Origin: Pelomyxa schiedti
Taxonomy: Eukaryota > Protista > Evosea
Direction: 5' to 3'
NCBI GenBank assembly: GCA_020536535.1
Contig: JAHLWZ010000381.1
Span: 63,001 to 98,323 of the forward strand
Length of the DNA stretch: 35,323 bases
Positions 24,581 to 33,100 of the stretch are shown here, piece by piece. Position numbers and translations under genes: made by a program. A model generated the notes under the pieces. The model saw only the letters and a program-made list of their open reading frames with translations. It searched no databases and was not told where the DNA came from. The stretch's first letter is position 1, and every line of letters starts with the position of its first letter.

Positions 24581-27130
24581 ATGAGCTCCACAGCACCAGG
24601 AGATGGGGGGGCTCACGCTACCTCCACAACGTCCACTGCTGAAAGGTCTTCCTCCTCATCAAGTCATCACCACAGCAGTTCCCACAGAGACAAAGCAGAA
24701 CCAAGTGCCCCACAAGAGTCTCGCGCGAAGCGAGTGCAAAACGTGACATCAGGAGCACAACTGGTAGCAGCACTGGCATACAACCGAGAGAAACTCGTCG
24801 AGGACAGGTTCAGCAAGCTACAGGGTTTCGTGGCTGCTGAGCACCAGAGGGCCGCCGAGCAACCGCCGCCCCCCACGGGAAGCGGGACTGCCCCAACTCC
24901 AGCTCCTGAAGGCAAAGTGGAGGTGAAGAAGAAGAACATACTCAGAAGGATGTTTGACACCGCCAAGTCCTTCGTCTCGGAGTATCTGCCAGAGACCACG
25001 TCCAAAGCTGTTCTGGGTGCGAAAGTTGCTCTGGAAGAGTCGGACGCCGATGAACAGTTCAGGTGTTCCCTGATCATCAACGACAAGGTAGGCCAAAGGG
25101 CACTTCAGAGCCTGGCAATCAAGATGATCGACAACTTCCTTTCAACACCGAGCAAGACTCCTGCCCTCATCCGCGAAATCGTGCAGCTTGCGAGGGTGGA
25201 CGACAGGGAGGTGGTCCAGATGCTGGTGACGGCACTCGCGAACACCATCGACCAGAACGTGCTGTTCGACGTTCCGATGATCGAGGGACTGGCGGAGGTT
25301 CTCTTCCAGTGCTCGTCGCGCCACATTCCGGTGGAGAACCTCGTCGTGATCTATCGAATGCTCATCGCGAAGATCGAGACACTTCACTCGCAACAGCAGA
25401 ACGCAGACAGGGTGTTTCAGATACTCAAGGGGTTCAACAAGCTGCTCCGAGCGATGTGGGCATCGGGCGTGAGGGGTCTCGACGAGGAGGACAAGAAGAA
25501 GTCGCTCGGGATCCTCCAGGCGATGAAGGACCGATACGCGAATTACAAGAGCCTCGAGTGTTACGTCGCCGCAGAGGCCGAAGTTGCCAAGCAGAATCTT
25601 CAGCGAATTCAAGATGACGGTGATCCCCTCGCCGACGTCGCCGCGCGTCTTGGTCACGCATACATGGCCGTCGGCGCAATTGCAAATCTGGCCATGCAAT
25701 ACGACATCAGAGAGGTTTTCAACTGTGTCTCCGAGCTGAAGGAGTGCGTTGCCGACATTTACATCAAGAAGTCGTGGATGGATGTTCTATTCTTCATTGA
25801 CTTGATGTTGTGGCAGCTCACTGTCGGTTCGAAGGAACTCAAACCGATGCCGCCAGAGGAACAGGAGAGACTCAAGAGCACGATCGAACGTCTTTACTCC
25901 AAATCCAGGAAAGTTGGGCTTCGCCAAGCTGAAGGCCTGAGCAAAGACGTAACCGCTGCTGAGGAAGGAGAGAAATCGTTTTGGCGTAATATTGGCGACA
26001 GTGTGAAAAGAAAACTAAGTGAGGTCAAAGCTCAGTTTGGTGCTATCATTGAAGGTGAACATGACTTCAGCCTTGGATACGTCAATCTCCTCGACAACGT
26101 AATCAAGGCCGAACCGCTCCTCGACAACATCGACATGAAGAACTGGGCATTGGCGCAGCTCAAGGGAATTCTTGTTGGTGAGGATTATCGCGAGAGCACC
26201 CTGATGAAGTTCTTCAACTCGGAGGTTGGATTGATGATGGTGGTCATCAGCAAGCTTCGTGAGTATTCAACGATGCCTCCTCCAATCGGAAACACTGCAT
26301 GGAAGATCCTGGGAGAAGTAATGGAGGTCATCCAAACGGAGGAGGCAAAAAACCAGTCAAACAGAGACATCAAGAACAAGATCGACTTTAGTTTGGCGTG
26401 CTACCCTCTGAGTAGCCAGTTGGAGAGTCCGTGCTCCGAGCTTCGTCGCCCCCGGCTGGTTTACATTTCAGATAAGGAACAATGGTGGTACATCATGCCC
26501 AAAGCAACACCAGAACGCATCCTCCTTTCCACTCTTCCTCCACCACGCCCAAAAGAGCAACCAACTGCAGAGGTGATCAGTTGTTTCGATGACAAGTTGA
26601 TCAAGAGCGAGGCAAATTTCTCAGCACAGGCAAAGGCACTCTTGAGTCCGTTCAAGCTCAACTTCCTGTTTTTCATGAAAACCCACCCATCTCCTCCCAC
26701 GCAGCCGGGGGCCTTTGCTAATATCCACCCAATTTTCCAGTTCAAGATGTTGATTCCACCAACGAAACCACAAACCGTGCCACTGGAAGACACTTTGTGC
26801 ACAGCAGAGTTATTCATGAAAGCCAAGGCGGAGGTGTTGGCAACACTGAAAGACTCTGTTGATGATCAGGTGGTGGACCTGAGAAAACGTACTTTGGAGG
26901 ACCCACAGCTCGAGAGTCTGCTCAAAACATATGTTGAGAGCGATTGCAGGGAGGGCATCCTCGATAAGTCTGCACAATCATTGACTGGCACCCTGTTCAA
27001 GAAGTTCCTGAAACTGGAACGACCAACCACGTCCCAGTCTCATCGCCATCACAGTGGGAGGTCTCATTCCTCCTCTTCCTCCTCATCATCGTCATCCTCA
27101 AAAACTGAGACAACAACCACAACAGCCCCA
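24581..27130 (+). other. N-terminal approximately 830-aa region of the giant protein with no recognisable domain. Its position suggests an effector or signalling module
   Basis: It begins with Ser/Thr/His-rich low complexity, MSSTAPGDGGAHATSTTSTAERSSSSSSHHHSSSH. A long, predicted mostly alpha-helical region follows (LQSLAIKMIDNFL..., VVQMLVTALANTIDQNVLFDVPMIEGLAEVLFQCSS...). A poly-Ser linker (SSSSSSSSSSKTETTTTT) sits immediately before the Walker A. Confidence 0.5.
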
Positions 27131-30100
27131 CCACCAACCAAAACACTTGTCCTTGTTGGTTCAGGAGGAACTGGAAAATCAATATTCGGGCACTTTGTGG
27201 AGAAACTCCTGTGGGAGTCGTATGACAGGTGCCACGTCATCCCGATCTTCATCTCACTTGCAACAATCAAGAACCCAAGCAAGAACCTGTTCGAGAAGAC
27301 ATTGACATCGCTTGGGTTCTCGCAGAGCAACATCGACGAGATCAAGGAAGGGAGGCGTGTGTTGTTCATCCTCGATGGTTATGACGAGATCACCCTCGAG
27401 GTTGGTGTGAACATCTGCCAGGCCAACAAACTTTGTGACTGGAAACACTCTCAGGTCTTGGTGTCCAGCAGGCCTGAGAAGATTGGGCAAGATTTCTTCC
27501 AGAGTTTCTGTTGCCTTGGTGGTGGTGGTTCCAGCAGCAAACCTGGAAAACATGCTGCGACAACCACAGCAGCCTCCTCAGGAAACAAAACGGCAGGAGG
27601 AAGTTCTGGTGTTCCTCTTGGAAAGTCGTCCACAGTCACCACCAAACAGGTTGCCGAGCAGCCCGAAGTTCTGTGCTGGTATATCGAACCATTCACGAGG
27701 CACAAGATCGAGAAATACGTCAAGAAGTACAAAAAGTGCGGAGGATCACAAGGCGAGAGGAGCGCGGAACTGTTCAACCAACACAGGGAACTCCTGAAAG
27801 GTGTGGAGGAGCTGCTGAGGACTCCGTTCATCCTCACAATGTTCATGGAAATCCTTCCCACCCTCGTCGACAAAATGGAGCAGGACAGGAGCAGGAGGAG
27901 GTTCGACGACTCGAACATCAGCAACAGTTCATCCGCATTGTCGATGGAGCTATCATCGAACCTGACGAGGCTTGAACTTTACGACAGGTTCGTGGAACAG
28001 TGGTTCCAGAGGCAAAAGTCGAAGATCACACCAGAGAGGATGGCACAGTGCACTCAGCACCTCACCGACGACGTCGAGGAGGTCAAGTTCAACTTCCAGG
28101 TTGGTGGTGACATCATCGAGGACTTCAGGTCGTTCTCCGAGAACCTCGCGATCTTCATGTTCACGAAGGGAGCGACAGCACTTCAATACAGTCCCGTGTG
28201 GACACTGAACAGCCAGGGTGTCGAGGTGATCGATCAGAACAACCCACTCGAGAGGTTCTTCAGCCCCACGAACAGGAGCACCCAACTCGTCCTGTCTGGG
28301 TGTCCTGTTCAGAAGAAGGGAGCCAACACGTTCATGTTCCTCCACAAGTCGCTTCAGGAATACTTCATTGCTTACAAGATTTACAAGGAGATCCAACTCT
28401 GTTCCAGCATGCCATTCTCGAACTTTCCGCAAGTGAAGTGCAGGGAGACAATAAAGTTCACACAGAGCAGCTACAAGGAGACAACCCGTCAGATTGTGAG
28501 TGCGATTGTTGAGGAAATAGCTGAAAGGGTTGAGTCAAAGTGGTTGCCAGCAACTGAAAGCGATGATGAACCCACCCAGTTCTTCCGAATCATGATGGGT
28601 CCCTTTGCCGAAGTTGATAAATATGAATGTGAGGAAATTACAGAGATTTTTGTGGATTTCAAAGACCATTTCCTTGCGATGACGGATCCTCCTCCTCTTG
28701 AACTGGCTGAGGTTTCAAACGACAAGCACAAGTTGGAACACCGGCGCGGAATGAGATTGGACTGGCTACCTCAGAGCAGGGACAAAAAATGGACATGTAA
28801 TATTTGCGGCAGTGTGGGCGATTTGGAGAATCCCGACGACGAGTATTGGCACTGTGGCAAATGCGACTTGGACCTGTGCAAAAACTGTATTTCGAAGTTC
28901 CGTGTGTTGCCACCAAGCAAGAGCACACCAAGTGAAAACAACTCGGGCACAACAGCACCAGTTATCAGCAACACCTCTGGAGACAAAGAAGCTATGCCTG
29001 AAAAGCAACAAACAGCACCAGCCCCAAAAATTTCTACTGACAAGGCTGCAACCACATCCACTGTGCCTGTTACCTCCAGTGCTGTTGTATCAGAAGAACA
29101 ACAGGAGGCAAATTTCCAGAGACTCAGAGGACTGTTGGATAAGATCTTTTTTATTGTTGGGGAGAGGCGGCGTCTTGACAAATTGATGAATAAAATAAAA
29201 GAGGCACACTCCCGTCGTCAAGCACAATCTTCTCAGGGATGCTCTTTTGACAAGGAAAAAGTCATAGCTGACATCCTGCACAGTATGGACTTGCTTAGGC
29301 ACAGCGTGAAAGAGGCTTGTGATTCTGTTCTCTCGCACACACGGAAGGCCGAGTTGCACCTTGAAGAAGAAGAGGTCGACTACACAATCACAAAAAACAA
29401 CTTCAGACCAAGTTTGGGAGTTGTGATCGACATTCGAAGGAGGCTGAGGAAGATGCAAGCTGCAAAAGAGAAGGGAAAAAGAACAAAGGTTGTGAAGTAT
29501 CCAAAAGAGCTTGTTGTGAACCAGTCCTCTCTTGTAAAAGTCCACGATGTTGTAAGCTTTTTGTTGGAGATGATGAGGAGGGATGATTCCTTGGCAACAA
29601 CAGAAGATGCGAATAACAAGGACACATTCAGTCTGCGAAACGCACTCCTCCTCCTCATTGAGAATTCAAAGTGGACAAACAGAAAAATTGAAGGGGGCTC
29701 AACAGAAATCAATAGCAGCAACAAAATGAGGATTCACAGAGCTGACAGGGCTGCATCAACTGCGATGATGCTTCTTCTTCAAGGAAAACACAACTTCTCC
29801 AACGTGGATTTGAGGCACATCCACATCAACGGTGCAGACCTGAGTGGTGGAATATTTGGTGGTGCCAGTTTGGTGAAGGCTGACTTGAGTGACTGCAAAA
29901 TGCAGCAGGTGTGGCTCAGTGGAGCTGACTTGGCACACTGCGACATGACAGGTGTGAGCTTCAACGAGAGGGTTGCCTTCGATTTTGGTGTTGGTCTCGC
30001 GTGCGTTGATGTTTCTGCTGACGGGAAGAGGCTTTGTGCATGCCCACGCAACAAAGGTCACCCACTGTTGTGCGATATCACTGACGAGGACCACGAACTT

Positions 30101-33100
30101 AAGGAAATCGGCCCCGAGGTTCAGTGCAATCAGTGCAAGTTCTCTCCAAATGGGAAGAAAATATGCTTTGTTATGTCTGGAGATCAGTCTGTGTTGGTTC
30201 TGGAGACTCATGGCAACACCTGGTTCAACGTTGTGTTGCCAAAATCTACAGTTCTCATGGATGGGAAAAAAGAAAACCCCTCTGCAACAGCCAAGCCCTC
30301 GGCAACAACCAAGATTAGTGGAATGTCCACAGCTGTGCCCAACGCGTCGTCTTCTGCCACAATCAAAAGCATTTGCTTCTCCGCTGATTCCTCCGTTCTC
30401 GCCATTTCCGTTTCCAAAGAACGCCGGGATGCTTTTGACACATTCATATATTCCCTGACCTCTGCCGCTGCCACTCCAACCACAACATCGACTCCCCCTT
30501 CTTCTGCCTTGCAACAACCAGCGGCAGTAGCAGCAGCAGCACCGGAGAGCCCAAAAACCACAGGAACAGAAGCAGTCCTGCCACAACATACACTCAACGA
30601 CTGTGTTGGTCACTTTTTCATCAAGTCTTCTCTTTTGGTGACACAAAACGCCCCCAATAGCCCCCACTCTTGGTGGGAGGTTCCCGCTGCCGAAAAAACC
30701 GGTGCTGCCACGAGCACACCGCCGCCGCCAAAAGATCCACCAACCAACATTGGGAGCGACATTTCGATGTTTGCATTGTCACCAACAAGAAACAAACTTG
30801 CTGGATTCTCCCAAAAAACAGGAAAGGTGACGGTGTGGGAGTTCTCTGAGAAGAACTTGCGCTCATTCCACGTTCTTTTTGAGCACCAAGTCAGTGATCC
30901 ACAGGGTGGATTCTCCAAACTCTCTGTCCTCTCTTTCTCACCCAAAGGGACATGGCTTCTTGCTGGGACACAGTTGCTGCACGTCGAGACCCAGAGTGTG
31001 AACTGCGACGTGGCACAAAAGTGCTTCTTCACTGGTGAAGACACACTTGGTTACTTGGGAGACTCCCAGATTTATGAGGTCAAAGCTTCGTCTGGGAACA
31101 TGCGGGTCACTGAGAGTTGGCCTTGCCGTTGTGTTGCTGCTTGCAGATCCAAAGTTCTTATAGTCACGAGGAGACCAGCAGAACCAAAGGAAACTGCCGA
31201 ATCGGAGAAAACGAGTGCCGCTTCTTCCTCTGGGAGCAATCCACCACAAGAAGAACACGCAAACGACTCATCCAAGTGGGTTATTGTGCATGAGATGTGG
31301 ACAAGTGATGGGATCAAACAGTTACCACTTCCAAATGACTTCGACGAGGCAAACAAGAAGAATCTGCGTCCTTGTTTCTCGTCTGATGGGAAGTACGTCG
31401 CTGGGTGTGATGCCTCGACCTTATTCTTGTGGGATTTGAGCAGTGGCACCATGGTCAAACACAACAACACACTCACTGACTTTGAGTTCAAGGCTTGGTC
31501 GTTCTTCCCGGCAAAGGAAGGTGAACCTGTGAAGTTCGGTGTTGCTCTCACAAGAAAGCAAGTTGAAGATGATGCAAAAGAAAAAGAAAAGGAAGATGAT
31601 GGTGACAGTAAAGAGAGTGAGGATAATCATGAAGACAAAGACAATGACAAAGACGAAGACGAAGACCAAGCCAAAGATAAAGACGAAGATGAAGATGAAG
31701 ATGAGGATGAAGATGAGGACGAGAGTGAGAATGAGTATGAGAGTGAAGATGAGTCAATTTCAGAAATTCAGGAGGGCAAGTTTTTCTGTGAGAAAGACAT
31801 TCCAAAAGACCCCAATAATATTTTCTGTGTGTGGAAAGTGATGGGTGTAGATCCTTGTGAGGCTGTGGAGGAAAATGATGACACTCGAGATTCAGTCGTT
31901 TCAACACCGGGTTTAATCTTGGAGGAGCCAATCAGACTTCCACTGGGAAGAGCTATTTGGGACACCGTCGTTGTGTCTCCATCTTGGAAATCAGTGATAC
32001 TCCTGGTCACCAACCCCTACAAGGCTAACTTCATGGTTATCATTGACCAAGAGGCACATACAATCACAGGAACGTTGTCGCTTCTCTCGCCCGTTTTTAT
32101 TTTCCCAGGAATTACAACCGAGAGATCGCAAAGCACTTCAATTTTCGAATGCAGTCCCGACTTCGATCCCCACAGAAAGTTGCTAAAAGAAAAGGCCGAT
32201 CAAGTGCTTGCCGCAAAAGGTTGTGCGCCAGCCAGTGAAGATCGACAATATTTGTCCTTGCAGGGAGACACTTTGGTTGGCCTGGACCTGAACCTGTTTG
32301 GATCTATTACTCTCTTGGAGGAACTGGACCTGGAGAATGACAAAGACGCAAAGACAATTGATGAACTGGAGAGTTCTTCCAAGAATGAATATGGTATCTT
32401 CGAACGAAGCATGGGTGCCACTGTCCAAAGTGGCCCATGGTGCCTGTTGTTGCAGAGTGAAGTGGCAGCCATCGCCACAACCAAGTCAACGATTGTACTC
32501 TGGAAATTGGCCAGGCCAAAGAAGTGCTTCCTCACGTTGGGTCCCTTTTCAGGACACATATTCTCCGTTACAGCATCTGGTGACAACATGCTTGTTGTTG
32601 TTGCTGGAAGGGACATCCACTACATTCGTGTGGAAAGAAGGCCTGATGGTGATGGGTTCGTTGCAACATTGGTTCACAGAACAGGCCACACGATGCAGCC
32701 TCTCGTTGCTGCTCATGCAAACGTGCAAACAGTCAAAGGCCTGAGTGTGGAAAACAAAAGCCTTCTGAAGTCGCGTGCAATCATTGGAGCAATCAAAATC
32801 GAGAGGGAGTTCGATACCAAGGTTGTTCGACCACAGGTGGAAAAACTGAAATCGAAAGTGTGGACTTCAGCACAAAGCAAACCAAAGCAGATGCCCAAGT
32901 TCCTGGGTTTGTTCTTCTCGAATTATTCAAATCCAAGAAGCAATAAGTGCACGGCGGACCTTGCAGACAAGTATGAATCTCTCATTCAAGAACAACCAAA
33001 GAACACGTTCGCTATCATTGAGATCTCCTGTGATCGCTCCGCGAGATTGTACAAGACAAACGCACGAAAGGATATCAATGGATGGTCACATCTCCAGTTT

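Noticed and set aside
29756-30667. 303-aa Cys/Gly/Arg-rich antisense ORF inside the giant gene. Similar antisense or alternate-frame ORFs lie at 25142..25699, 27953..28432, 28771..29181, 34369..35127 (−), 34326..35027 and 25063..25617 (+)
   Set aside because: They lie opposite or out of frame to a sense strand with unambiguous domain motifs. Their composition (Arg/Cys/Gly/Pro-rich, no motifs) is what GC3-rich coding DNA produces in off-frames. I treat them as artefacts.
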